Assembly (NCBI GenBank): GCA_963790185.1
Contig: CAWBNR010000012.1
Span: forward strand, 13,054-77,053
DNA: 64,000 nt
Source of the DNA: an uncultured Thermoleophilia bacterium
GTDB lineage: Bacteria; Actinomycetota; Thermoleophilia; UBA2241
Direction of reading: 5' to 3'
Part shown: piece after piece, positions 1 to 13,013 of the stretch
Position numbering within the stretch: the first letter of the stretch is position 1
Layout of the letters: each line of letters opens with the position of its first letter
Notes under the pieces: generated by a model
The model's input: the letters and a program-made list of their open reading frames with translations, nothing else
Told to the model about the DNA's origin: nothing
Database searches by the model: none
Program-made: the position numbers and the translations under genes

Positions 1-28
1 GCGATCGCAGTGGGCAGCTGGCGCCGCA

Positions 29-29
<1 letters not shown>
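1..29 (-). CDS. kdpC: Potassium-transporting ATPase C chain, 5' start only (runs off window)
   Basis: ATG at 29-27 overlaps the kdpB stop; reads MRRQLPTAI; this is the expected position after kdpB. Confidence 0.55.
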
Positions 30-2037
<2,008 letters not shown>

Positions 2038-2041
<4 letters not shown>

Positions 2042-3714
2042 AGCGCCAGCTGCTCCACGATCGGCCCGAGCGCCAGCACGGGGAAGTAGGTCAGGCCGAC
2101 GACGATCACGACCACGGCAAGCAGCATGACCACGAAGAGGGGGCTGTGGGTAGGCAGGGTCCCGGCGCTCGGCGGCACAGTCTGCTTTCTCGCCAGCGAG
2201 CCGGCGATGGCGAGCACCGGGACCATGAGGAAGAACCTTCCGGCGAGCATCACGAGGGCGCCGGTCGTGTTGTACCAGTCAGTGTCGCCGGTCAGCCCGG
2301 CGAAGGCCGACCCGTTGTTGTTCGCCTGCGAGGCGAAGGCGTAGACGACCTCGCCCAGCCCGTGAGGCCCAGGGTTCAGGATCGACGCCTTCGCGGGTCC
2401 CAGCAGCACCGACAAACCACTGAAGAGGAGTACCAGGATGGGCACCGTGAGCAGGTACAGCACGACAAGTTTCATCTCGGCCGCCTGTACCTTCTTGCCG
2501 AGATACTCGGGCGTGCGCCCGACCATGAGGCCGGAGATGAACACGGCAAGGAGCACGAAGATGAGCATGCCGTACAGGCCGGCCCCCACGCCTCCGGGCG
2601 AGACCTCCCCGAGCAGCATGTTGACCAGCGGAACGGCTCCGCCGCCGGGCGTGAAGCTGTCGTGCGACGAGATCACCGCGCCCGTCGACGTGCCGGTGGT
2701 CGACGCGGCGAAGAGCGCCGACGTCGCGGCGCCGAAGCGCACCTCCTTGCCCTCCATGTTGGCGGCGGCGGCCTCGACGCGCGGGTTGCCCCGCACCTCG
2801 AAGTACGTCGCCGTCGCGACCGAGCCGGCCCACAGCACGAACATCGCGAGGAAGATCGCCCAGCCCTGGCGCTGATCGCCGACGAGGCGCCCGAAGGCGT
2901 AGGTGAGCGCGAAGGGGATGAGCAGCAGGGCGAAGAGCTCGAGGAAGTTCGTGAGGCCGGTCGGGTTCTCGAAGGGATGGGCCGAGTTCGCGTTGGCGAT
3001 GCCGCCGCCGTTCGTCCCCAGTTCCTTGATCGACTCCTGACTCGCGACGGGCGCCCGGTAGATCGTCTGCGTCGCGCCCTCCACGGTGGTGACGTCCACC
3101 GGACCCTGCAGCGTCTGCACGACGCCGAGGCCCGCGAGCACGATGGCGAGGACGAGAGCCAACGGCAGCAGCACGCGCGTCACGCCCCGGACCAGGTCGA
3201 CCCAGAGGTTGCCGATCGTCCCCGCGCGCTGGCGCGTGAAGCCGCGGATCAGAGCGACGGCGACCGCCATGCCGACCGCGGCCGAGACGAAGTTCTGCAC
3301 GGTGAGCCCGGTCATCTGGAGGAGGTCGCTCATCGTCGACTCGCCGCCGTAGTTCTGGAAGTCCGTGTTGCTGACGAAGCTCGCTGCCGTGTGAAAGGCC
3401 AGGGAGGGCGGCACCGACTCGACCGATGACGGGTTCAGCGGCAGCCATCCCTGCAGGCGCTGCAAGCCGTACAGCCCCAGCACGGACACGAGGCTGAAGG
3501 CGATGACGGAGCGTGCGTACACGGTCCAGGGCTGCTCGCGCTCGGGGTCGATCCGGCCGACGCGGTAGATCAGCCGCTCGAGCGGCCCGAACACCCGGTC
3601 ACCAGGTGCCGGGCCGCCCCCGTACACTTTGGCGAGGTACGGCCCAAGCAGGCGCGTGCCGAGCAGCAGCAGCCCGATCAGGGCGGCGATCTGGAGCCAC
3701 GCGGCAGCGGTCAT
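2038..3714 (-). CDS. kdpA: Potassium-transporting ATPase A chain
   Basis: [43 protein letters not shown] motifs; 4-nt overlap with kdpB. Confidence 0.97.
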
Positions 3715-3735
3715 CGTGAATCCCTCCCGGCCGCG

Positions 3736-3828
3736 TCACTGCAGGTCTTCGGGCGCGACCAGCGCCCAGGCGAGATAGACGAGCAACGCCGCGATGATGA
3801 CGAAGAAGACGATGTCGGAGGTGGTCAT
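3736..3828 (-). CDS. kdpF: KdpF small subunit (30 aa; not in the ORF track)
   Basis: Manual translation MTTSDIVFFVIIAALLVYLAWALVAPEDLQ; single TM helix with YL..AL..PE motif, directly upstream of kdpA. Confidence 0.9.
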   Translation of the reverse strand: MTTSDIVFFVIIAALLVYLAWALVAPEDLQ

Positions 3829-3947
3829 CGCCGGTCTTCCCGGTGATCGTCCAGGTCGCGGTCGACTATGCGGCCGCAACCACGGACGAACAGGTCGACA
3901 GCGACGAAGAAGCCGATGATCAGCGCGATGAGAAGCACGTCCAGCAT
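3825..3947 (-). CDS. Small 40-aa membrane peptide, first gene of the kdp operon
   Basis: MLDVLLIALIIGFFVAVDLFVRGCGRIVDRDLDDHREDRR; ATGA overlap with the kdpF start; -10-like TACGCT ends 6 nt before its ATG. Confidence 0.7.
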   Translation of the reverse strand: MLDVLLIALIIGFFVAVDLFVRGCGRIVDRDLDDHREDRR

Positions 3948-3953
3948 GGCCAC

Positions 3954-4025
3954 AGCGTACCCTCGCCGGACCGCCACGGAGGCGGTCCTTACGAAACCTG
4001 TACGCTCCGCCCCGGCATCTCTACG
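3954..4025 (-). promoter_or_regulatory. Putative leaderless kdp promoter with direct-repeat (KdpE/OmpR-type) boxes
   Basis: Minus-strand TACGCT at 3959-3954; TACG cores (plus strand) at 3990, 4001 and 4022, spaced 11 and 21 nt. Confidence 0.45.
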
Positions 4026-4186
4026 GGCACTTGACCTTGGTTCACGTGAGGTGCTCGTTGTCGCCGGCATGCCGGCGAGGCGACGGAGCACTGCCGGGCA
4101 CTCTCGGGCACGGCTGAGCACCGTCGCCGCGGAGAGCCTTGGACCGGGCAGCCCGCCTGGTCCGACCGGACGATCCGCCTCGTCCG

Positions 4187-4936
4187 TCAGGCCACGTTCA
4201 TCGTGCGCAGTCGCCAGGTCGCGAGGAGGAGCGCGATGACCGACGCGATCGCCAGGGTGGCGAGCGAGCTGGACAGGCCGATCGTATTCTCGAGCGCGAA
4301 GTCTGGATCGTCCGTGAGGGCCGCGAAGATGGAGCCGACGAAGTGCCGGATGCTCACGTACCGCAGGCCGGGGACGAAGCGCCCCAGGATCGACTCCCAT
4401 ACGAAGAGGTAGATGAGGGCGGCCACCAGCGCGCGAGAGATCAGCAGACTGACGAACATGAAGATCGACGAGTACGTGATCGTGGCGACGAGTGAGGCGA
4501 CGATCATGGCCGAGAGCAGTCGCAGATGCTCGCCGGAGTCTCCCCGCATCACGAGCAGGTAGGCCATCGTCAGGCCGAGCACCACGATCGGCCCCGAGAC
4601 CATCACGCTGCCGGCGAGTTTCTCGATCACGATCCGGGACCGGCTCACCGGCTTGAGGATGAGGAAGGGCAGCGTGCAGTCCTCCACCTCGTTGCCGAAC
4701 GCACTCGTCGCCAGGACCAGCACGATCAGCGGCAGGAGCGTCGGGATCATCAACTCGATGAAGACCGTCTTGCCGAGGAAGAGGTCCGGTTGCGCCCAGT
4801 CCGGCTGAATCAGGTAGATCGCGCTGAAGAGGAGCGGGAGAAGGGCAAGGCCGCTCACGACCCTGATGGCCTTGCCCTCCAGGAACTGCTTGATCGTGAG
4901 CGTGACGATGGGAAGGCGATGCCGGATGATGTTCAC
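4187..4936 (-). CDS. ABC-2 type exporter permease
   Basis: Multi-TM hydrophobic protein with FGNEVEDCTLPFLILKPVSRSRIVIEKL motif; GTG start at 4936 inferred. Confidence 0.85.
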   Translation of the reverse strand: MNIIRHRLPIVTLTIKQFLEGKAIRVVSGLALLPLLFSAIYLIQPDWAQPDLFLGKTVFIELMIPTLLPLIVLVLATSAFGNEVEDCTLPFLILKPVSRSRIVIEKLAGSVMVSGPIVVLGLTMAYLLVMRGDSGEHLRLLSAMIVASLVATITYSSIFMFVSLLISRALVAALIYLFVWESILGRFVPGLRYVSIRHFVGSIFAALTDDPDFALENTIGLSSSLATLAIASVIALLLATWRLRTMNVA

Positions 4937-4955
4937 TGGTATCGCCGCCCGCCTG

Positions 4956-5945
4956 TCATCTCTCCACCAGATACGAGAACACCGACTGCAGCGACTCGTC
5001 TCCGGCCTGGACCTCGAAGAGGCGGATGTCCGCCTGTCTCGCCAGATCCGGCAGGGCTCTGTAGAAGCCGCGAGCGTCGCTCGTCTCCGCCAGGATGCGG
5101 CTCTCACTCTCGACCTTGACCGAACGCGTGGCAGGGTGCCCGATGAGCGCGGCCGCGAGCCGGCGCGGGTGATCTGACCGGATCCGGACAGTGTGGTCGT
5201 GCCCGTCGATCTTGTCGCGGATGACGCGGTAGTCACCGGCGGCAGCCAGTCTGCCGTTCACGAGGACGATGATGTCGTCGGCGAAGCGCTCGACCTCGGC
5301 CAGGACGTGAGATGAGACCAGGATCGTCTTCGTGCGCCCGAGCGCGCGGATCAGGTCGATCATGTGGGCGCGCTGGGCAGGGTCCATGCCGCTCAGCGGC
5401 TCGTCCATGAGCACGACGTCCGGGTCGTGGACCAGCGCGCCCGCCACCTTGATCCGCTGGCGCATGCCCTTCGAGTAGCCCCCGATGCGCCGGTCGGCCG
5501 CGGCGGTCATCTCGACGGTCGCGAGGGCACGGTCGGTCGCCTGGCCGGCGTTCTTCAGCTTCTGCAGGGTCGCGTTGAGGCGCACGAACTCGCGACCCGT
5601 CAGGAACGGATAGACCGTCTCCGAATCGTGCACGAGGCCGAAGCGGCGGTACAGGTCCACGGCGCCTCGGATCGGGTGTCCGTGGATCCGGATCGTCCCG
5701 TTCGAGGGGCGGAGCAGGCCGGCCATCATCTTCAGGATGGTCGACTTCCCCGCGCCGTTGGGCCCGAGCAGGGCGGTGACGCCCGGCGCGACCCCGAAGG
5801 AGACGTCGGAGACGGCGACGATGTCGCGGTACCATTTGGAGACGCCCTCGACGAGGACCGTCGGTTCGGTCCCCGCTACGACGCCGGGGAGGAGGACCGA
5901 AGCCGGCGCCGCGCCGGCGGCCGGAGATGGCGACCTGCCGCTCAT
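4956..5945 (-). CDS. ABC transporter ATP-binding protein
   Basis: GPNGAGKST Walker A, YSKGMRQR signature, LMDEP Walker B, SSH. Confidence 0.93.
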   Translation of the reverse strand: MSGRSPSPAAGAAPASVLLPGVVAGTEPTVLVEGVSKWYRDIVAVSDVSFGVAPGVTALLGPNGAGKSTILKMMAGLLRPSNGTIRIHGHPIRGAVDLYRRFGLVHDSETVYPFLTGREFVRLNATLQKLKNAGQATDRALATVEMTAAADRRIGGYSKGMRQRIKVAGALVHDPDVVLMDEPLSGMDPAQRAHMIDLIRALGRTKTILVSSHVLAEVERFADDIIVLVNGRLAAAGDYRVIRDKIDGHDHTVRIRSDHPRRLAAALIGHPATRSVKVESESRILAETSDARGFYRALPDLARQADIRLFEVQAGDESLQSVFSYLVER

Positions 5946-5946
5946 C

Positions 5947-6846
5947 TCAGTCCTCCGGCACGTAGCGCCAGATCATCACGGCACAGCCGATGACGATCGT
6001 CACGGTCATGCCCGCAGCATACGCCCACCACTGGAACGGGATGACGCCGCCACCAGTCCGCGCCGGGAAGAGCGCGTACGCGAGGTTGTTCGAGATCGTC
6101 GCGGGACTGAGGAAGGTGATCCAGTCGGCGATGCCGTGCTCTCGCAGCGCGTAAGCGAGCGTGTTGACGAGGCCCTCCGTCACCAGGTAGCCGACGACGA
6201 TCACCGGGATGGCGATCACCTTCCGTCCCGTGAACGATGAGATCGCCAGCCCGATCGCCCCGAGATAGAGAGAGATGAGCCCGCCGGCGAGGGCGATCCT
6301 CGCGAGGTCGCCGATGTTGTCCGCGAGCGCGCCCAGCGGCGCATCCGCGAGCAGATTGCGGAAGAGCCAGAGGAGCGCCGCCGGGACGAACGACAGCGTC
6401 AGCGTGAGGATCGCCGTCGCCGCGAGCTTGGCCAGCACGTAGTCCAGCCGGGTGATCGCCCTGGAGAAGTAGAGCGTCAGGACGTTCTCGCGGCGGTCGG
6501 GACAGAGCATCTCCGGCGCGATCGTCGCGACGAAGAGCCCCTCGATGACGAAGATGAAGCCGAAGAAGTCGCCGTACTCCATCAGCGCTCTGCCGGTCAG
6601 GGGCGTCAGGAACGTCTCGACACCGATCACGACGAGCACGGTCCCGGCCGCGACCGCGTAGAGGATGATCGGGACGATCTTCGCGGTCCAGCGCTTCCTG
6701 ATCCCGAGCGCTCTGCTGATTGAGTATCGGGTCAGGGCGCGGAAGGCGTGACGTCGACCGAGGCGTTCCCCCTCGTAGTGCTTGTAGCCGCGGTCGTAGA
6801 CCTCGCCGTAGCGCCCGGCCCGGTCCGTTATCTTGTCAGGAGCCAC
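5947..6846 (-). CDS. ABC-2 type exporter permease
   Basis: Multi-TM protein with PDRRENVLTLYFSRAITRLDYVLAKL motif; GTG start at 6846 inferred. Confidence 0.85.
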   Translation of the reverse strand: MAPDKITDRAGRYGEVYDRGYKHYEGERLGRRHAFRALTRYSISRALGIRKRWTAKIVPIILYAVAAGTVLVVIGVETFLTPLTGRALMEYGDFFGFIFVIEGLFVATIAPEMLCPDRRENVLTLYFSRAITRLDYVLAKLAATAILTLTLSFVPAALLWLFRNLLADAPLGALADNIGDLARIALAGGLISLYLGAIGLAISSFTGRKVIAIPVIVVGYLVTEGLVNTLAYALREHGIADWITFLSPATISNNLAYALFPARTGGGVIPFQWWAYAAGMTVTIVIGCAVMIWRYVPED

Positions 6847-7801
6847 GATCGGCGTCTCCCGCCTCGGCAGGTCGCTCGACCTCACCGATGTAGATGTCCT
6901 CGAGCGACTGCACGGGCTGTCGCAGCGAGCGCAGGCCGACGCCGAGATCGGCCGCCGCATCGCGGAGCGCGTCGAAGACGCGGTCGTCGTCGTGGCGGAC
7001 CACCAGCTCGTCACGCGCGGTCAGCTCGGCTCCTGACCCCCGGACCGCGTGAACCCCGATTCCGGCAAGCCGCTGAATGAACGCGTCGACATCACCGTCG
7101 ATCCGGACGCGCAGATCGCCTTGCTCGGTCCCGAGGCCTTCGATCGGCTGTGCGAGCACGAGTTTGCCGTCACTCAGGATCACGACGTAGTCGCAGACAC
7201 GCTCGACGTCCTCGAGGATGTGCGAGGAGACGATCAGCGAGATGCCGAGCATCCGATGGGTCCGCTTGATCAGATCGAGCATGTCGTCTCGGCCCTGCGG
7301 GTCCATCCCGATGGTCGGTTCGTCGAGGCAGAGGAGCCCGGGGTCGTGCACGATCGCTTGCGCGAGCTTGACGCGCTGCTTCATGCCGGTGGACAGACCT
7401 TTGATCAGGCGATAGCGCTCTTCGTCGAGGCCGACCTGATAGAGCACGTCGGCGGCTCGAAGGCGAGCCGCGTGGGCGGGCAGGCCGCTCATCTCGGCCA
7501 TGTGGCCCACGAGATCGGCAGCCGTCGTACCCGTCGGCAGCACATCGGATTCCGGCATGTACCCGACATGCTCACGCACCTTGACGCCCTGCGAGCGGGT
7601 GTCGAGGCCGAGCACGCTGGCCGTGCCTTCGGTGGGGTCCGTCAGCCCGAGGAGGATCCGGAGCAGGGTCGTCTTGCCGGCTCCATTGGCGCCGAGCAGG
7701 CCGACTGCGGCTCGCGGGATCGTCAGATCGAGGCGATCCAGGGCGATGACATCCCCGAAGCGCTTGCGCACGCCGCGGATCTCGGCGGCCGGCTGCGCCA
7801 T
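6836..7801 (-). CDS. ABC transporter ATP-binding protein
   Basis: [25 protein letters not shown]; start MAQPAAEI at 7801. Confidence 0.93.
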   Translation of the reverse strand: MAQPAAEIRGVRKRFGDVIALDRLDLTIPRAAVGLLGANGAGKTTLLRILLGLTDPTEGTASVLGLDTRSQGVKVREHVGYMPESDVLPTGTTAADLVGHMAEMSGLPAHAARLRAADVLYQVGLDEERYRLIKGLSTGMKQRVKLAQAIVHDPGLLCLDEPTIGMDPQGRDDMLDLIKRTHRMLGISLIVSSHILEDVERVCDYVVILSDGKLVLAQPIEGLGTEQGDLRVRIDGDVDAFIQRLAGIGVHAVRGSGAELTARDELVVRHDDDRVFDALRDAAADLGVGLRSLRQPVQSLEDIYIGEVERPAEAGDADRGS

Positions 7802-7878
7802 GGCGCTCTGTGCACCACCAGCTGGCAAACCGGGTCGTCCTCCTGACCGTGAGCGGTCCCGTCCGTGGTCCGCTTCCT

Positions 7879-7884
7879 ATGATA
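7879..7884 (-). promoter_or_regulatory. Possible -10 element for the ABC operon
   Basis: TATCAT on the minus strand about 77 nt upstream of the ATG at 7801. Confidence 0.3.
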
Positions 7885-7953
7885 GTGCGCGCACCGGGTC
7901 TCGCGTGAGCGCCGCCGGCGCGCCGACTTCGGGTCGGCGTGTGCCCGTCAGGC

Positions 7954-10298
7954 CTACCGGCCGCGGCGCGAGAGCCAGGTCTCCTCGCGCACGAGACCGT
8001 CGGAGAAGGCGAGCACGCGGTTGCGCCCGGCGCGCTTGGCCGCGTACATCGCCCAGTCGGCCTTGTCGAGCAGCTCGTCCTTGGCGGCGGCATCGTCGGG
8101 GTAGGTGGCCACGCCGATGCTGACGGTCAGAGGACGTCCGCTCGGCGGCGCAGTCGCGCTCCACCTCGGCGCGGATGCGCTCGGCCACGGTCAGCGCGCC
8201 CGGCGTCGTCGGTGTCGACCAGCACGAGCACGAACTCCTCGCCGCCGTAGCGCGCCGCCAGGTCGATCCGCCGGCTGCAGGCCTCGATGATGCGCGCGAT
8301 GCGCCCGAGGGCGTCGTCGCCGGCCTTGTGGCCGTAGGCGTCGTTGTAGCGCTTGAACTCGTCGCAGTCGCAGAACAGCAGCGCTCAGCTTGCCGTTGTG
8401 CCGGCGAGCGCGCTGCGAGCTCCTCCTCGAGGCGCTCGTGCAGGTAGCGGTGGTTGTAGAGCCCGGTCAGGCCGTCGGTGATCGCCTCGACCTCGGCCCG
8501 GCTGAAGCGGATGGCGGCCGCCTGCAGCATCGCCGCCAGGGTGTGCGAGCGGTCCGCCTGGAGGCGCTGACCGCAGCGACTCCAGCGGCGGGCGCATCGA
8601 CGGTGACCGCCGCGACGACCGCGCCGTCCGGCATCGCGCACCGGGGCGCGATGCCGGTCACCCAGACGCCGAAGTCGTCGGCGTTGAGGACGTTGGCCTG
8701 CAGGCTCTCGCCGGCAAGCACCGCGGCGAGCTCGTCGTGAGGCAGCCACGGGTCGCCGAGATGCGAGATCTCGCTCTCGGACTCGCCGGTGTCGAGCACC
8801 GTGATGCACTGGTCGCCGACCATGGCGAAGCTCGTGATGAAGCGCACGGCAGGGTGGGCGTCGCGCAGCGCGCGCAGGGCCGCCGACCATCTCGCTGTAC
8901 TGCGGGCGTCGACTCGTCGGCGCGGGTGCGCAGCAGGGCGTGCTCGGCGGGATCGATCAGGCGCGGCCGCCTCGCGCGGCCAGCGCGTCGACGCGCGCCC
9001 GCCGCCGCTGCAGGCGCTCCAGCGCCGCGCAGGAAGGCGTCGACCATCTCGGGGTCGAACTGCGTGCCGGCGCAGCGTCGCAGCTCGGCGAGGCACTGCG
9101 CGGTAGCTGAGGGCGCGGCGGTAGGGCCGCTCGCAGGACATGGCGTCGTAGCAGTCGACCACGCACATGGCGCGCGCGACCAGGGGATCTCCGCGCCGGC
9201 ACAGACCGTCGGGATAGCCGTCGCCGTCGAAGCGCTCGTGGTGGTGACGCACGCCGGCGACGAGCTCGTCGTCGAACAGCGGGCGCACGATCTCGGCGCT
9301 GATGCCGGGGTGCTGGCGCACGAGCTCCCACTCCTCCGAGGTCAGCGGCCCGGCCTTGAGCAGGACGCGGTCGGAGACGCCGATCTTGCCGATGTCGTGC
9401 AGGAAGGCGACGTTCTGCACCTCCTCGAGGCGCTCGTCGGGCCAGCCCAGCTCGCGGCCCAGCAGGGCCGCGTAGGCGGCCACGCGGCCGGCGTGGCCGA
9501 GCGTGTAGTAGTCCTTGGCGCTCAGCGCCGAGCTCAGGGCGCGCAGGTTGCCGAGGTGGAGGCGCTTCACCTCCTCGTAGAGCTGGGCGTGCTCGAGCGC
9601 CAGGGCCACGAGCTTGGCGACGCGCCTCGGCGACGGCGATCTCCTCATCGGTGAACTCACGTTCGACGTGGTCGAGCAGCTCGACCAGGCCGATGACCTT
9701 GTCGCGGGCGATCAGCGGCAGCGAGATGAAGCTGTGCTGGCCGTAGCGGCGCAGCTCGTCGCGCTCGGTCGCGCTGAGCCGCGGATCGTCGAGGCTGCCG
9801 ACGGTGACCGGGCCGGCGCGTCTCGATGGCGAGGCGGATCGCAGGGCCAGTCGTCGAGGGAGAACTCGCGGCCCGACCCAGGACGTCGTCGAGCACGCCG
9901 TCCGTGCTGGAGGCCACGCAGACCAGCGTGTCGTCGCCGTCCAGCCGGTAGATGTCGCAGTCGGGAATCTCGAGGGCGGCGCTCAGACGTCGCGCCGCCG
10001 ACTGCAGGACTTCGTCGAGATCGAGGGTGGAGGCCAGCTCGAGGCTCGTCTCGAGCAGCAGCTGGTAGCGCTGCTCGGCGTCGCTGGGCCGCGGCTCGGG
10101 CCGGCCTTCGTGCGGCTCGCCGGGGCCACGAGCGGCCTCGAGGTCGTCGAGCAGGAAGCGTCGCTGGCCGCTCGGCGTGCGCCGGCTGACCAGCCGGCCG
10201 CTGTCGGCCCAGCGGCGCACGGTCGTGGCGCTGACGCCGAGAAGGTCGGCCGCCTGCTGCACGCGCAACCACGCGGGCTGTGTGGGGGCTGCTCTCAT
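7954..10298 (-). CDS. Multidomain c-di-GMP enzyme: MerR/Xis-like HTH - GAF - HD-GYP - sensor-like insert - GGDEF (several frameshifts)
   Basis: Pieces in successive frames: WLRVQQAADLLGVSATTVRRWADSG (HTH); GAF; HDIGKIG...HHERFDGDGYPDGL; DGLTGLYNHRYLHERL; RRIDLAARYGGEEF; LTVSIGVATYP...AMYAAKRAGRNRV, stop at 7954. Confidence 0.8.
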
Positions 10299-10458
10299 CG
10301 CCGAGGTTATCGGCCGCCGGAGGCCGATTCTTGACCACTCTTTCCATGGGCTGCGCGGTGGGTCCTTCGTCGGCACTCCGCGGCGAGTCGACCCGGGGCA
10401 TCGGGGCTAGGGCATCGGGGCGGCCTCGTATATGGTAGTCGCAGGAGGGTAGATCACC

Positions 10459-11568
10459 ATGACACCGATCCCCGCGCTTCCGTCACTCACAATCAAGGGC
10501 ATGCGTCTCCCCGTGCCGATCGTCCAGGGCGGCATGGGGGTCGGGGTTTCCCTGTACCCGCTGGCCAGCGCCGTGGCAGCGCCGGAGGGCTCGGCGTGCT
10601 GTCGAGCGCCTGCCTGGACCGGCTCGTCTCCCAGCGCCTGGGACGCACGCTCGATACCTATGAGGCCGTGCGTGAGGAGGTCGCGGCCGCCAAGGCCGGA
10701 GGCGGCTTTGCCGGCATCAACATCATGGTCGCCCTCCAGCGCGACTACGAGGCCTCGGTGCGCGGCGCCATCGACGCCGGGGCCGACGCCATCATCTCCG
10801 GCGCGGGATTGCCGCTCTCGCTGCCGGACATCCAGCCGCCGGGCGACACCGCGCTCATCCCGATCGTCTCGTCCGCTCGCGCTCTCGATCTGATCTGCCG
10901 GCGCTGGGAGCGGCAGCACTACCGGCCGGACGCGGTCGTCCTCGAGGGACCGCTCGCGGGCGGGCACCTCGGGCTTCCGGATCGATCAGATCGACCTCGA
11001 GGAGAACAGGCTCGAGCGGCTCCTGCCGCCGGTGAAGGAGCGTGGCGCAGGCCCATGGCGACTTCCCGGTCATCGTCGCCGGCGGCATCTACGACCCACG
11101 AGGACATCCGCCGCTTTCTGGCGCTCGGCGCCGACGGCGTGCAGATGGGCACGCGCTTTCTGGCGACCGAGGAGAGCAGCGCCACCGAGGCGTACAAGCA
11201 GGCAGTGGTGCGAGCCGCGGCCGGAGGACATCCTCGTCGCGCACGACCCGGGCTCGCCCTGCGGCCTGCCGTTCCGCGTGCTGCGAGAGTCGCCGATGTA
11301 CCAGTCGGCGCTCTCGCACCGACGCACGCCGAAGTGCGACAAGGGCTACGTGCTGCTCAAGGACGACGCAGGGGCAGTTCACGCGCTGCCGGCCAAGGCA
11401 CGGCAACGAGCACGTACTTCTGCATCTGCAACGGCCTCTTCGCAGCTCGGCTGCGTACGAGAGCCGGCGAGGAGGAGCCGCTCTACACGGTCGGGCACGA
11501 ACGCCTGGCGGGTCGACCGCATCGTCCCCGTCCGCGAGCTGATGGCAGAGCTCACGGGGGTCGTGTAG
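10459..11568 (+). CDS. Nitronate monooxygenase / FabK-like flavin oxidoreductase (frameshifted)
   Basis: PIVQGGMGVG, IISGAGLP, VLEGPLAGGHLG, ADGVQMGTRFLATEES, spread over 3 frames. Confidence 0.85.
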
Positions 11569-11636
11569 GGGGCGTGGTCGCGCTGCCCCCGGCTCAGGCA
11601 CCTCTCGACAGCTGCGAATCGGCACTGCCGAGTTGG

Positions 11637-11645
11637 TGCTATCCT
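11637..11645 (+). promoter_or_regulatory. Extended -10 promoter candidate upstream of the sigma factor gene
   Basis: TG-C-TATCCT (TGnTANNNT). Confidence 0.35.
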
Positions 11646-11808
11646 TAGATCAGGTTCACCGAGTGTTCGGAACCAATCGCCCCCGGTCCGACGACGAGCT
11701 TGCGCGTCTCCGCACCCCGCAGGGTATCGCGTGTCTGGCGAGTCGTCTGCAGCGCCTTGCTGAGCAGGCCGCTGGCCGTAACTCGCAACGAAGAGCAGGA
11801 GACGTCGA

Positions 11809-12930
<1,122 letters not shown>

Positions 12931-13013
12931 CGCCCCGCCACCTTCCTCCACGCCCGCCGCACGTTTCCTGAACCTGGTGTCGCGGGTCTGATCACAGCCG
13001 GGGGGCGCCGGCG

